This document shows positions 9,201 through 18,286 of a DNA stretch of 48,661 bases, piece by piece. The DNA comes from Deferribacterales bacterium (GTDB taxonomy: Bacteria; Chrysiogenota; Deferribacteres; Deferribacterales; Geovibrionaceae): NCBI GenBank assembly GCA_050253335.1, contig JBFWJG010000012.1:1-48661 (forward strand). The letters run 5' to 3'. The position numbers and the translations under genes are program-made. Each line of letters opens with the position of its first letter. Positions within the stretch are counted from its first letter, which is position 1. The notes below the pieces were generated by a model. The model did not search any database. It saw only the letters and a list, made by a program, of their open reading frames with translations, and was not told the origin of the DNA.

Positions 9201-10485
9201 TCTCGGTTTTGACTCATTCGATCCGGGAGAACTGATCATCAACACAGTAAATGATATGATCTCCACGGATGCTGATCTGGCAGGTCTCGGAGTACGTGCT
9301 TACAACAACGGCGGAAAGCTTGAGATATTCTCCGGCTCGGGAACCCACGAGATCTCCATGAACGCCAACAACGAAGGCACAGGGATGACATTCTTCCAGA
9401 CTTACAGCCCCACGAAGGCCCAGAATGCCGCTCCGCTGGCTTTCAGCACAAACAAGGTGCTGGATCTCACTTACTACGACACAGCCTCTGATACATGGAC
9501 AACAACGCAGGTAACTTTTCCCCCTGATATTTCAGGGGAGTATGCAGATGCTGCCACCCTTGCGGCGGCTGCGGCCGGACTTCCCGCGGATATTACAGTC
9601 ACGGCGGACAATAACGGAAACCTCAGCTTCACGGCGGGCGGAACCCTGACAAATCTTTCTGTTTCCGCAAACACCGCCCTCAGCGGCGAGAACGTGTCCG
9701 TACTCGGCTTTTATAAAACCGCATCGGCAGACAGCATAACCGCCGCCGGCTCACCCAAGCTTTTCCTTAAAGATGCCTCCACAGGCCAGAGGACAATAAG
9801 CTTCACCTATAATGACGGAACATCAAAAACCGCTTCCATAACACTTGAGGCTAAAGATTATGATTCCGTGGACGAACTATTAAATGAAGTCACCGACAAG
9901 CTCACAAACGCAGGGCTCGGAGCCATAATCAGCGCTGAACTGGTTGACGGGGAAAATCTCTCCTTCGTTTATGACGACACTGTGATAAACAGCTTCCATG
10001 TTTCAGGCGATTATGAAAGCACGCTCGGTTTTTCCAAAGCCGGAACAGAAGCGCAGATAAAGGTCACAGGCAGTGACGGGGAGCTCATCTCCATGTACAC
10101 CATTGACACCGCAAACGAGACATACCACGTTGCGGACGGTGTCTACGGCGGGTTTGATGCCGGCTACCTTTACGCCACCGACTCTTTCACTACCGCTGTC
10201 GGCTCCGGAATAGAGTACGAGCTGCCGGTGCTTGAGCAGGCGGAAACACAGATAACAAACTCACTCACCGCAGTGGGTACAAGACAGAACAGGGTGGAAA
10301 CCTCCATCAACTACTACACGGTGATGAGCACCACCAACGAAGAGATTAAGGCAGGCTATCTGGGAGCCTCGGCCGAGGATCAGAGTGCGGCCATCACTTC
10401 ATACCAGCTTGCACTGCAGGCTTACCAGACCGCTCTGCAGGCAACAGCGAAGATAATGAATATCTCGCTTCTCAACTTTCTTTAA
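6283..10485 (+). CDS. flgL: Flagellar hook-associated protein FlgL, very large (1400 aa)
   Basis: Flagellin-like ends (MRVT.., GNAYYNGRYLFSGH..TKPF; VGTRQNRVE..AYQTALQATAKIMNISLLNFL); lies between flgK and fliW. Confidence 0.92.
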   Translation: MRVTYNYMTMRYLTGIQNNLNGVSNGLDAVTKGRNLLTPEQDPVSYISALTIQTMLDESAQFKRNAENALTWLSNGDNELQSASSLISKALNEYAIYGMNDSQSTESRQALAGDVQGIIEGLLNVGNAYYNGRYLFSGHATQTKPFQTQERQVSSVVSNINGADAMVQKQYNDMPELKEGSYTMKVTVTNGIASVQLFDKNNNKVLLDTNGTDETAGKGNNTSYTLTTAYSKGMVINTGTGAGVKLPDADMEGRTLTTTFYYKPGDNVSYYGDEGIVTTKIGYSQDVDINMTGQEIFMETYKTLRGTVTNTVNGLYATPTTYFSSLDGANAMLADSISINGTDHNGYKIGIAKLTAPAAVTLDMATATKAERTVTLKYADEEFELTLDQKGYNDIDEVIFELNRKLENEGLADEIQAVNDGDRVMFITTRSGDRVQLDLRGTVNNKLGFTDPTPSSTTDFTYSAKGKDTVFEIGYSSFDQPVTIEYKNETLTGGNDNRANFPAGVNEIFVNGVAMSFTVNAGDTAEDIQNTINQTLKDKGFAFTVTAQVESTPTADMYDLTLKLHNVNYGDDTFLSAKVDTADGVNDYLTANPKNSDYPTTTEKRLGDFLTFVENLYDNAVDASLVDGKLVVQDIRSGSSRLTFNINEENTGIGYPMLEQSVKVSGKYTGTRDDKWSFNVVMQAANPMDPSDFDKIVVSVTDSKGNKVSTQTLRQDAYHGQEIEITKGVKISLGQVTNSTSFTLDLNAGANVSFGDINVIEEGKNVDTFRSLKNLYNALNLDIPEQGIGAPSAWRDTALNSTATPYFDGTFRGNYNDLFNFQILTTNSLSEMYVQSELKSVTSEVNYTANSDIDFDLVVKDGNNVYTRNIFIDRDSIFASVESPAAGTEPARLSFTEPAGLTFYYQDGGVWTESAVSVPAGNYASLNDIVTAINTAPGLPAGVTANADPDGTISFTAGGTVTNLNVSGDADSALGFDSFDPGELIINTVNDMISTDADLAGLGVRAYNNGGKLEIFSGSGTHEISMNANNEGTGMTFFQTYSPTKAQNAAPLAFSTNKVLDLTYYDTASDTWTTTQVTFPPDISGEYADAATLAAAAAGLPADITVTADNNGNLSFTAGGTLTNLSVSANTALSGENVSVLGFYKTASADSITAAGSPKLFLKDASTGQRTISFTYNDGTSKTASITLEAKDYDSVDELLNEVTDKLTNAGLGAIISAELVDGENLSFVYDDTVINSFHVSGDYESTLGFSKAGTEAQIKVTGSDGELISMYTIDTANETYHVADGVYGGFDAGYLYATDSFTTAVGSGIEYELPVLEQAETQITNSLTAVGTRQNRVETSINYYTVMSTTNEEIKAGYLGASAEDQSAAITSYQLALQAYQTALQATAKIMNISLLNFL

Positions 10486-10499
10486 CAGGTAAGAGGTGA

Positions 10500-10985
10500 A
10501 TGAAGATGAAATCCAACCTTGCAGAAAACACAGAGGTTTCAATGGAAAAAATAAAAATGTCCTCAACCAAACTGGGTCCGATCGAATACACGGAGAATGA
10601 TATCATAACACTCTCGGCTCCGCTGCTGGGGTTTCCCGACCTCAGCGACTTTCTGCTGATTTCCAGTGACAAGTCGTTCCCTTTTCTCTGGTTTCAGGCA
10701 ACGCAGGATCCGGATGTATGCTTCATTCTCATAGAGCCGAAGATATTTCATCCGAACTATGACCCGAAAATCAACAAGCGCGAACTGAAAATACTCGGAA
10801 TCGAAAAAGATGAGCAGCTTAAAATAGCCGCTATAGTGGTGGTTCCGGAAGACCCGAAAAACGCCACAGTGAACCTGCGCGCCCCTGTTCTGTTAAATAC
10901 AGAGAAAAAACTGGCAAAACAGGTTATACTGGAAGATGACAGGTGGATGATAAAAGCTCCGCTTTTTGCCGCCAAGGATAAGTGA
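10500..10985 (+). CDS. fliW: Flagellar assembly factor / CsrA antagonist FliW (start may be 10506 or 10542)
   Basis: [28 protein letters not shown] motifs; adjacent to csrA. Confidence 0.95.
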   Translation: MKMKSNLAENTEVSMEKIKMSSTKLGPIEYTENDIITLSAPLLGFPDLSDFLLISSDKSFPFLWFQATQDPDVCFILIEPKIFHPNYDPKINKRELKILGIEKDEQLKIAAIVVVPEDPKNATVNLRAPVLLNTEKKLAKQVILEDDRWMIKAPLFAAKDK

Positions 10986-11215
10986 TGCTTGTACTGTCCA
11001 GAAAAACGAACGAAAGTATAATAATAGGTGAAAACATAGAGATCCGCATAGTGGAAGTGGCGGGCAAAAGCGTTAAGCTTGGGATAGACGCTCCGAGGGA
11101 TGTCAGCGTGCACCGCAAGGAGATCTTCGAGGCGATAAAAGACGAAAATATACAGGCCGCCACAAAGGAAAACCTTGTTTCCCTTGTGGACTTCTTCAAA
11201 AACCAAAACACATAA
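10985..11215 (+). CDS. csrA: Translational regulator CsrA (FliW-type, with C-terminal extension)
   Basis: [33 protein letters not shown]44 and N55 present when counted from ATG 10985. Confidence 0.97.
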   Translation: MLVLSRKTNESIIIGENIEIRIVEVAGKSVKLGIDAPRDVSVHRKEIFEAIKDENIQAATKENLVSLVDFFKNQNT

Positions 11216-11229
11216 AGCTGAGCAGTAGG

Positions 11230-11259
11230 TCATAATTCCCGGTCTTCAGGGAATTATGA
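11230..11259. terminator. 11-bp hairpin between convergent csrA and ccmD-like genes, possible terminator
   Basis: TCATAATTCCC-N8-GGGAATTATGA; no clear U-tract. Confidence 0.4.
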
Positions 11260-11358
11260 TGTGCGCCCCGGGCGGGGCAAATCTTCCTTCACCGCGTTCA
11301 TAACCCGGCGGGAAAGCCGCCTCCCCGAGGGCTGCGGCATTGCCCAAGCCTTTTCAGA

Positions 11359-11496
11359 CTATCCTTCCTTATCAGCCTCAACAGCGTCGATGCGTTTGTT
11401 AAGATCGCTTATCTTTGTGCCGAGGCTCAGCATATACCCGCCGAGAAGAACCCATATTATTGAATAAGCGCCAACTATATACCAGAAATCCTGCAT
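11359..11496 (-). CDS. CcmD-family small membrane protein (45 aa, absent from the ORF track)
   Basis: Manual translation MQDFWYIVGAYSIIWVLLGGYMLSLGTKISDLNKRIDAVEADKEG; AAGGAG RBS; AY..IW....GY pattern followed by a coiled tail. Confidence 0.8.
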   Translation of the reverse strand: MQDFWYIVGAYSIIWVLLGGYMLSLGTKISDLNKRIDAVEADKEG

Positions 11497-11528
11497 GAAT
11501 AACTCCTTTATATCTTTTATATTCTTAA

Positions 11529-12056
11529 TCAGCCTCTTCCGGCGACATAGTCGCCTATGCTGATGCGTTTGCGTATGCGTTTCTTAACGGTCTCCCTTTT
11601 GCTCATGGAAAGCCTGTCTATGAAGAGAACTCCGTTCAGATGGTCTATCTCATGCTGAAGAGCCCTCGCGAGAAAGCCTTCAGCCTGAACAACCGTTTCC
11701 GTTCCGTCTTCTTTCATATACCTGACAACGGCTCTGGACGGTCTGGCAACAACTTCGTATTCGCCGGGGACGCTGAGGCATCCTTCTTCATTGACGTCCG
11801 GTTCGCCTGAAAGTTCCAGAATTTCAGGGTTTATAATCTTCAGGAGCGAGTCGGAATCTTCTCCGGCGCTGATATCAACCACAATAACACGCTTATTCAC
11901 TCCGACCTGCGGAGCGGCGAGACCCACGCCCTTTGCGCTCCGCATGGTGTCCACCATGTCCTCAAGCAGTTTTCTGACAGAATCGTCAACAACCGCCACA
12001 GGCTCGTTCTTCTTTCTCAATACTTCATCGGGAAAGGTTTTTATATCAAGAATCAC
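11529..12056 (-). CDS. def: Peptide deformylase
   Basis: GVGLAAPQVG, EGCLS and QHEIDH motifs. Confidence 0.97.
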   Translation of the reverse strand: MILDIKTFPDEVLRKKNEPVAVVDDSVRKLLEDMVDTMRSAKGVGLAAPQVGVNKRVIVVDISAGEDSDSLLKIINPEILELSGEPDVNEEGCLSVPGEYEVVARPSRAVVRYMKEDGTETVVQAEGFLARALQHEIDHLNGVLFIDRLSMSKRETVKKRIRKRISIGDYVAGRG

Positions 12057-12106
12057 GTCTTTATCTCCTTAGGTACAGGATAAAATAATAGATTTACTCC
12101 GAATTT

Positions 12107-12547
12107 TCAACGCCCTATGAAATCATCATACGAATATTTTCCGAAATAGGCTTTCATAGCCTTTTCGGCGCTTTCACGAAGCCGCTGATCCTTAATTACG
12201 GAGCACATATTTCTTACTGTTCTTTCCTCTTTGTCCGTGAGTGTACGGGGCGAAAAAACAGGCTTCTGCTTCTTTCTCGGCGCCTGTCTGAAAACAAAGC
12301 GGACATCCTCTGCAATGAGCCCTTTTTCCGCGAGGTTCTCCAGTATCTCATCCTTCATGTGGACAAGCTCGCTGAGCCACATATTGTCGCTCACTGCCAC
12401 AATGAGACATGTACCGTCAATCTTAACGGGCATAGCGATACCGGCAACCGTGTCCCCCACGGCGTGACGCCATGTATGCGCGAGTGAGGAATGCTCCCTC
12501 GCCTCGCCCGCAAGTTTACTCTCCAGCAGCTCCGAGATCTTCTTCAT
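12107..12547 (-). CDS. DUF721 / DciA-family protein
   Basis: W..AVG..VA..A.P..I.G..L.V.V....W..EL pattern. Confidence 0.8.
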   Translation of the reverse strand: MKKISELLESKLAGEAREHSSLAHTWRHAVGDTVAGIAMPVKIDGTCLIVAVSDNMWLSELVHMKDEILENLAEKGLIAEDVRFVFRQAPRKKQKPVFSPRTLTDKEERTVRNMCSVIKDQRLRESAEKAMKAYFGKYSYDDFIGR

Positions 12548-13550
12548 TCTGTTTTTCCGTCTCGGCGAGTATTTTTTCCGCCGCGTCCAGAAGCTCCTTC
12601 ACGCCATCTTTGGTCAGTGAGCATATCTTAAAAAGGGTTTTCCCTTCCTGTTTTATAAACTCCTCAAACTCAGCGAGGTTCTCAGGCACGGCCGCGTCTG
12701 TTTTTGTGGCCGCCACAAGCTCCGATTTATCGGAAACGCTCAGTCCGTATCTTTCAAGCTCGTTTCTGATCATTTTGTAGCGTTCCACCATACCCGAATC
12801 ATAGTCGGAGGAATCAACAAAGTGAACCAGAACCCTTGTACGTTCTATATGGCGCAGGAATCTCATTCCGAGTCCGGTTCCTTCGTGCGCTCCTTCCACA
12901 AGCCCCGGCATGTCCGCCAGAACAAAAGGCTCGCCCAGTGCTCCTCTTACCACACCGAGGTGAGGCACAAGGGTGGTGAAGGGATAGTCCGCCACCTTGG
13001 GCTTTGCCGCTGAAACAGCAGAGATAAAAGTGGATTTGCCAGCGTTCGGCATACCGATGATACCCACGTCCGCTATGAGCTTGAGCTCCAGACGGAGGCG
13101 TTTTTTCTCGCCGGGTACGCCGTTGGTGAACTCTCTCGGAGCGCGGTGGGTGGAGGAAACGAATGATGCGTTGCCCCTTCCCCCTCTGCCTCCGGCGGCC
13201 ACCACAATCTGCTCACCCTTCTTTGTTATATCAGCGATAAGCTCTTCAGTTTCTGTGTCATAAATCATTGTGCCCACAGGAACTTTAAGGAGAATATCCT
13301 CTCCGCGCCTTCCGTGGAGATCGCTCCCCTTGCCGTGCACGCCTCTTTTTGCTTTGTAAATAGCGTTGTAGGTCAGATCAAGAAGGGTTGTCTTGGAGTC
13401 GTCCCCTTCAAGAATAACATTTCCGCCGTTTCCGCCGTTCCCGCCGTTTGGGCCTCCTCTGGGAACATAAGCCTCGCGGCGGAAACTGCAGCATCCGTTG
13501 CCGCCCGCTCCGCCTTCAACGTCTATAATCAGTGAATCGACAAATTTCAT
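12516..13550 (-). CDS. obgE: GTPase ObgE
   Basis: Gly-rich Obg fold (SFRREAYVPRGGPNGGNGG), GMPNAGKST, YPFTTL, DMPG. Confidence 0.98.
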   Translation of the reverse strand: MKFVDSLIIDVEGGAGGNGCCSFRREAYVPRGGPNGGNGGNGGNVILEGDDSKTTLLDLTYNAIYKAKRGVHGKGSDLHGRRGEDILLKVPVGTMIYDTETEELIADITKKGEQIVVAAGGRGGRGNASFVSSTHRAPREFTNGVPGEKKRLRLELKLIADVGIIGMPNAGKSTFISAVSAAKPKVADYPFTTLVPHLGVVRGALGEPFVLADMPGLVEGAHEGTGLGMRFLRHIERTRVLVHFVDSSDYDSGMVERYKMIRNELERYGLSVSDKSELVAATKTDAAVPENLAEFEEFIKQEGKTLFKICSLTKDGVKELLDAAEKILAETEKQNEEDLGAAGE

Positions 13551-14948
13551 TTAAAATACCACTTCCAAATTTTTATCTGCAACCAGCTCAAAGGTCACAG
13601 TATAAACAGCGGACGCCCCGGGTTTAAGCTCTGCCGTTATTTCAAGCTTTCCGTCCTTTGACGCCGCAATACTGCTTCCGTTGAGCGTTATATTTTCTAT
13701 GCTTACTCTGTCATCCCCCGCAACAGGCACACGCTCGACAATATTGACTTTTTTTGCCTCGCCCGCAAGGTTTGCTATCTCCACGGAGAAGCCTCTCTTC
13801 ATCCTCTTCTTCGTGCCGAAGAAACCGTCGGACTCCCTTGTGAGCGGAAGGTTTTTCCTCTTTACGGATATATCCTTATCAATGCCCGCCGCAAGGCGTA
13901 CTTTGCCTTCCTCGACAGTTGCGTAAACGTTTTCAAAAGTTTCCCTGTCCTTAACCACCCGCCACTTGCTGCCGTAAATTTCGGATTTCGGAGCAAAAAC
14001 CGTCTCCCTGTAAACAACAGGACTGCTGAAGGGATAAACCGCCAGTCTGGTTTCCGCCTCAACATCAGCTTTGTCCAGAACGGTTCTTGCCTCTCTTCCG
14101 TCAGAAATGAGGGTGAAATCCTTCAGCCTGAACTGTGAGGGAGCTTCTCTTATGACTTCCGGTTCGGCAGCGGCGGAAAAATCCGCTGCGGCGGACTCAA
14201 GCATCATAGGAGCCGCGGTTACTCTCATGGACTTTGCCACGGGCGCGGGCTGATAGGGGTGCACATACCAAGGGGCAAACTGCGGAACAGAAATCCTCTC
14301 ATTTATATAAGACGGGAGCAGATAGGCGTTTTTCGCTTTTATATCAACTCCGCTTCTGTTCACAGCCTTGAGAACAAGCTCTGTTTTCGCGGCATTGCCG
14401 TCAAGGTAGAGGACATTCTCATAATCAGTGCTGATTTTTCCGAGCGCAAGCCTCATATCCCCGCAGGAAAAAGCCGCCTGCAGAGGTGTTTCACCGTCAG
14501 CGCCTCCGGCTATAAGAGCCTTCAGGGCTGCGATTTCTTTTTCCGCTCTTCTCATATCCGCCTCAGCCTTTGCTATCTCCGCAAAACGGGCGGCGGCATA
14601 AGCCTGAAGTCTGCCGTCTGTGAGCTTATCCGCAGAGGAGACTTCGCCAATAGCAGAAAGCATGAACTCAGCCGTTTTCTTTCTGCTTTCAGCTTTTATA
14701 TAATCATCTTCCTTGTTTTTCACTCCCTGAGACAGGGTTCCGAGCCATGTTCCCGCCGCATCCGCGGCGGAAGGGATAAGCATCATTTCGGATGAGCCGC
14801 AGAAAGCCCTGAATGCGCCGCCGTATCCTATTACACCGCTTTTATACTCACCTGTGCGGTATTCCGCCTTATCCCTGTAAAGATAAAAATCGGAAGCAAA
14901 AGCGTTCACGCACATTAAAAAAGCAACAGCCGCAATTACAGGTTTCAT
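13551..14948 (-). CDS. Secreted DUF4139-like protein
   Basis: Signal peptide MKPVIAAVAFLMCVNAFA, coiled-coil segment, and NRSGVD / ERVPVAGDDRV motifs resembling DUF4139; start 14948 with AAGGAG. Confidence 0.65.
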   Translation of the reverse strand: MKPVIAAVAFLMCVNAFASDFYLYRDKAEYRTGEYKSGVIGYGGAFRAFCGSSEMMLIPSAADAAGTWLGTLSQGVKNKEDDYIKAESRKKTAEFMLSAIGEVSSADKLTDGRLQAYAAARFAEIAKAEADMRRAEKEIAALKALIAGGADGETPLQAAFSCGDMRLALGKISTDYENVLYLDGNAAKTELVLKAVNRSGVDIKAKNAYLLPSYINERISVPQFAPWYVHPYQPAPVAKSMRVTAAPMMLESAAADFSAAAEPEVIREAPSQFRLKDFTLISDGREARTVLDKADVEAETRLAVYPFSSPVVYRETVFAPKSEIYGSKWRVVKDRETFENVYATVEEGKVRLAAGIDKDISVKRKNLPLTRESDGFFGTKKRMKRGFSVEIANLAGEAKKVNIVERVPVAGDDRVSIENITLNGSSIAASKDGKLEITAELKPGASAVYTVTFELVADKNLEVVF

Positions 14949-15023
14949 ATCAGCCTTCTCCTTAAATAGGTTTATAACAAATCTTAATATCGCTGACAGA
15001 GTTTCACAAGGAAAGTGCAAAAC

Positions 15024-15057
15024 AAAAAAGCCCGCAGCGCATAATGTGCGGCGGGCT
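15024..15057 (-). terminator. Intrinsic terminator after rpmA
   Basis: AGCCCGC...GCGGGCT stem with an A6 tract on the plus strand (U-tract on minus). Confidence 0.75.
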
Positions 15058-15091
15058 CTTGCTTGCTTTTAAGCCTGATTTGCTGAAATTA

Positions 15092-15361
15092 TTAAGCGGA
15101 AGCTTCAGCTGCGGCAATCACGGAAACATGTTTGCCCATGCTGCCTCTGTCTCTGAACTCAACATAGCCGTCAACAAGGGCGAAAAGAGTGTGATCTTTT
15201 CCCATGCCCATGTTTGCGCCGGGTTTGAACTGAGTTCCTCTCTGACGGATGATGATGCTTCCCGCGGTCACGAACTGACCAGCGTATCTTTTAACACCGA
15301 GACGCTTACTGTTGCTGTCTCTGCCGTTACGGGTAGAACCGCCTGCCTTCTTATGAGCCAT
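15092..15361 (-). CDS. rpmA: 50S ribosomal protein L27
   Basis: [21 protein letters not shown]. Confidence 0.99.
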   Translation of the reverse strand: MAHKKAGGSTRNGRDSNSKRLGVKRYAGQFVTAGSIIIRQRGTQFKPGANMGMGKDHTLFALVDGYVEFRDRGSMGKHVSVIAAAEASA

Positions 15362-15372
15362 TATGCGCCTCC

Positions 15373-15684
15373 TTAACCGACTTTGATGTCGTTAATTTTA
15401 AGAGTAGTGTACTGAGAACGGTGACCGATGCGTTTTTTGTAGTCTTTTCTGCGTTTACGTTTGAAAACGAGAAGCTTGTCGCCTTTCTCATGTCTTACGA
15501 CAGTGGCCTGAACCTTTGCGCCGTCAACAACGGGTGCGCCCACAAGGAGCTTATCGCCTGAAACGACGAGAACGTCAGTAAGCTCAACTGAGCTGTCGAC
15601 TTCGGCCTCGAACCTGTCAACCTTAATAACATCACCGGGCTTAACAGTGTACTGCCTTCCGCCCTGCTTGATTACCGCGAACAT
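15373..15684 (-). CDS. rplU: 50S ribosomal protein L21
   Basis: [20 protein letters not shown]...GHR. Confidence 0.99.
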   Translation of the reverse strand: MFAVIKQGGRQYTVKPGDVIKVDRFEAEVDSSVELTDVLVVSGDKLLVGAPVVDGAKVQATVVRHEKGDKLLVFKRKRRKDYKKRIGHRSQYTTLKINDIKVG

Positions 15685-15734
15685 ATCTATACCTCACGAA
15701 ATTATATTTTATAAACTGATCCAAAAGGAACGAA

Positions 15735-15763
15735 ATCATATACGCAATATAATGACCAGTCAA
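15735..15763 (-). promoter_or_regulatory. Sigma70 promoter for rplU-rpmA
   Basis: Minus strand TTGACT-N17-TATGAT. Confidence 0.7.
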
Positions 15764-15956
15764 CAGGAAAATTAAAAAAGCATGATAAAGAATCGGCCGG
15801 AGCTGAAAAGGCGCCTGATACTTTTCGCCGGTGAGCTCTTTTTCCTTGACTTAAAAAGGATAATAAAATACCTCTTAACCTGCAAGATGAACTTTCGATC
15901 ACATGTACCGTTCATATAGCGATGCAGTGAATGAAAATACGCCCGAAGAATAGTGG

Positions 15957-15985
15957 TTGACAAAGCTCACGCACCCCACTATAAT
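15957..15985 (+). promoter_or_regulatory. Consensus sigma70 promoter for the rpmH operon
   Basis: TTGACA-N17-TATAAT exact match. Confidence 0.9.
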
Positions 15986-16022
15986 TTCGGGCTCTACCGA
16001 TATAAGCATTGGAGGAACAGGC

Positions 16023-16166
16023 ATGGCACAGATGCTGACAATGAAAAAGCCCAGCAATCTGAAAAGAAAGCGCAAACACGGCTTCAGGGCACGTATGAAA
16101 ACAAAAGGCGGACGTCACGTTATCAACAGAAGACGCGCCAAAGGACGCAAACGTCTGGCAGTTTAA
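16023..16166 (+). CDS. rpmH: 50S ribosomal protein L34
   Basis: [40 protein letters not shown] 7 nt before ATG 16023. Confidence 0.97.
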   Translation: MAQMLTMKKPSNLKRKRKHGFRARMKTKGGRHVINRRRAKGRKRLAV

Positions 16167-16183
16167 TTTTCGGCCTTAGGTCT

Positions 16184-16549
16184 ATGAACCAACGGCTGAA
16201 AACTTCCGAACGGCTCAAGAAAAAGTCTGACTACCTTAGAGTCCTCAGAGGAAAGAAGCGCGCCGGAAGGCTCATTGCAGTCTACTGGAACGCATGTGAT
16301 TGTGAACAAAGCAGATTCGGCTTTATTACGGGAAAAAAGGTAAGCAAAAAAGCTGTTGACCGAAACAGGCTGAGGCGGTACTTCAAAGAGTTCTGCCGCA
16401 AAAACAAAGGCCTATTTCCCGCAAAGACAGATTTCGTTTTCAGAGCGCTTCCCGGAGCGGGTAAAGCCTCACATGATGAGATAAAGAATGAAGCATACGG
16501 GCTTGTGGAAAAAATTGCATCCGAAATACCTGCTGATAGGGCCGATTAG
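16184..16549 (+). CDS. rnpA: Ribonuclease P protein component
   Basis: [19 protein letters not shown] (RNR motif); follows rpmH. Confidence 0.95.
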   Translation: MNQRLKTSERLKKKSDYLRVLRGKKRAGRLIAVYWNACDCEQSRFGFITGKKVSKKAVDRNRLRRYFKEFCRKNKGLFPAKTDFVFRALPGAGKASHDEIKNEAYGLVEKIASEIPADRAD

Positions 16550-16730
16550 GCTTTATCAGCTGTTTATTTCCCCCATGCTGGGGCCCAGATGCAGATTTTA
16601 CCCTTCCTGCTCCGAATACGCAATCGAAGCAATTCAGAAAAAAGGTATTATCAAAGGCTTTTTTCTTGCCGTCTGGAGAATTCTCAGATGCAACCCCCTA
16701 TCGGCCGGAGGTTACGATCCTGTAAAATAG
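16488..16730 (+). CDS. yidD: Membrane protein insertion efficiency factor YidD (start uncertain)
   Basis: [30 protein letters not shown]. Confidence 0.95.
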   Translation: MKHTGLWKKLHPKYLLIGPIRLYQLFISPMLGPRCRFYPSCSEYAIEAIQKKGIIKGFFLAVWRILRCNPLSAGGYDPVK

Positions 16731-16755
16731 GACACACTCGGAGGACATTTCCACA

Positions 16756-18279
16756 ATGGATAAGAAAACCCTGCTTGCAGTTGCGCTCAGCGCACTTGTA
16801 CTCATAAGCTTTCAGGCATTTTTCGCCCCGAAGGCAACCGTGGCAGACAACGCCACAGCAGCCGCAGAGACTGAAAATGTCCCTGCCGCGGAAACCGCAG
16901 CCCAGACATCCGCTAATCCCGTTGTTTTAGGAGAGACGGCTCCCGTTTCACCGGACAAGCTCACCACACTTTCCACGGCGGATCTCACTCTCACCTTCAA
17001 CGAAATCAGCGGAAACATCCTGAAAGCGGAGATTCAGCAGTATAACGGAAAAGAGATGCACATCTCCTTCGGAAACGGCACGCAGGACTACATGATTGCC
17101 GGAACCGGAACTTCCGCGGCCTTCTCATCCAAGGAGACAAAAAGCGGAGATACCACAACCCTCGTTTTCACCTCCGAGCAGAATGATCTTATTGTAACCA
17201 AGAAGTACAGGATTACCGAAGGCTCATATCTTATTGACGCTTCCATAGAAGTGGCAAACACCGGCGACAGATCAGTGGAACTTCCCGTCTCCGTTCAGAT
17301 AGGCCCGGGTCTCGGCAACGGCGTGGCGGACAGCAGACTTGTCTTCCAGGGTCCGATCATGTTTGACGGCAAAAAGATAAGAAGAGAAAAAGAAGACAAG
17401 ATCAAAGCGCCTGAAGTATACGCCAACCCCGAATGGCTCGGCTACACTTCGACATATTTCCTCTTCGCCGCTGCCGGCGGTGAGTTCAATGAGGGGATAA
17501 TCCAGAAATCAGGCGACTCAGCAGTCATAAAAGGAACAGCCAAAGCGGTGGTTAACCCCGCTTCCAAATACACCAAAGAATTTAAGCTCTACATAGGTCC
17601 CAAGAAGTACACTCTCCTTAAAGAGACCGGATACAAGCTTACAAAAAGCATTGACTTCGGCTACTTCTCTTTCCTTGCTATCCCGCTTCTCAACCTTATG
17701 AACTTCTTTTTCAGCTATGTTCATAACTACGGCGCGGCCATCATCCTTCTTACTGTTGTGGTGAAGCTTGTAACCTTCCCCCTCACGCAGAAAAGCATGG
17801 TGTCCATGAAGAGGATGCAGCTTCTTCAGCCCAAAATGACCGAGCTCAGGGAAAAATACGCCAAGGATAAGCAGAAGCTTAATCAGGCGGTTATGGAACT
17901 GTACAAAAAAGAGGGCGTAAACCCCTTCGGCGGGTGTCTGCCCATAGTTATCCAGATTCCCGTTTTCTTTGCGCTGTATAAGGCTCTCCTTGTTTCCATA
18001 GAGCTTAAAGGCTCACCCTTTATGCTGCACATCGCGGATCTTTCGCTGAAAGACCCTTTCTACATAACACCCGTGCTGATGGGCGTCACAATGTTCATTC
18101 AGCAGAGACTCAGCCCCCAGTCGGGCGACCCCATGCAGCAGAAAATCTTCATGTTCATGCCGATCATTTTCACATTCCTGTTCCTGAACTTTTCATCGGG
18201 TCTGGTTCTGTATTGGCTCACGAACAACGTGCTTTCAATCGCACAGCAGTACTTTATAAACAAAAAAACAACAGCCTGA
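16756..18279 (+). CDS. yidC: Membrane protein insertase YidC
   Basis: IDFG, GVNPFGGCLP..IQIPVF, GLVLYW..NN.LSIAQQ motifs. Confidence 0.98.
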   Translation: MDKKTLLAVALSALVLISFQAFFAPKATVADNATAAAETENVPAAETAAQTSANPVVLGETAPVSPDKLTTLSTADLTLTFNEISGNILKAEIQQYNGKEMHISFGNGTQDYMIAGTGTSAAFSSKETKSGDTTTLVFTSEQNDLIVTKKYRITEGSYLIDASIEVANTGDRSVELPVSVQIGPGLGNGVADSRLVFQGPIMFDGKKIRREKEDKIKAPEVYANPEWLGYTSTYFLFAAAGGEFNEGIIQKSGDSAVIKGTAKAVVNPASKYTKEFKLYIGPKKYTLLKETGYKLTKSIDFGYFSFLAIPLLNLMNFFFSYVHNYGAAIILLTVVVKLVTFPLTQKSMVSMKRMQLLQPKMTELREKYAKDKQKLNQAVMELYKKEGVNPFGGCLPIVIQIPVFFALYKALLVSIELKGSPFMLHIADLSLKDPFYITPVLMGVTMFIQQRLSPQSGDPMQQKIFMFMPIIFTFLFLNFSSGLVLYWLTNNVLSIAQQYFINKKTTA

Positions 18280-18286
18280 GGTAAAA

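Noticed and set aside
11261..11350. SRP RNA, HDV-like ribozyme or c-di-GMP riboswitch
   Set aside because: Only fragments match (GAAGGAAG, GCCTCCCCG, GGCAAA); the required partner motifs are missing.
15953..16183. N-terminal extensions of rnpA and rpmH in the ORF track
   Set aside because: They start inside the consensus promoter and overlap rpmH; better starts are 16023 and 16184.
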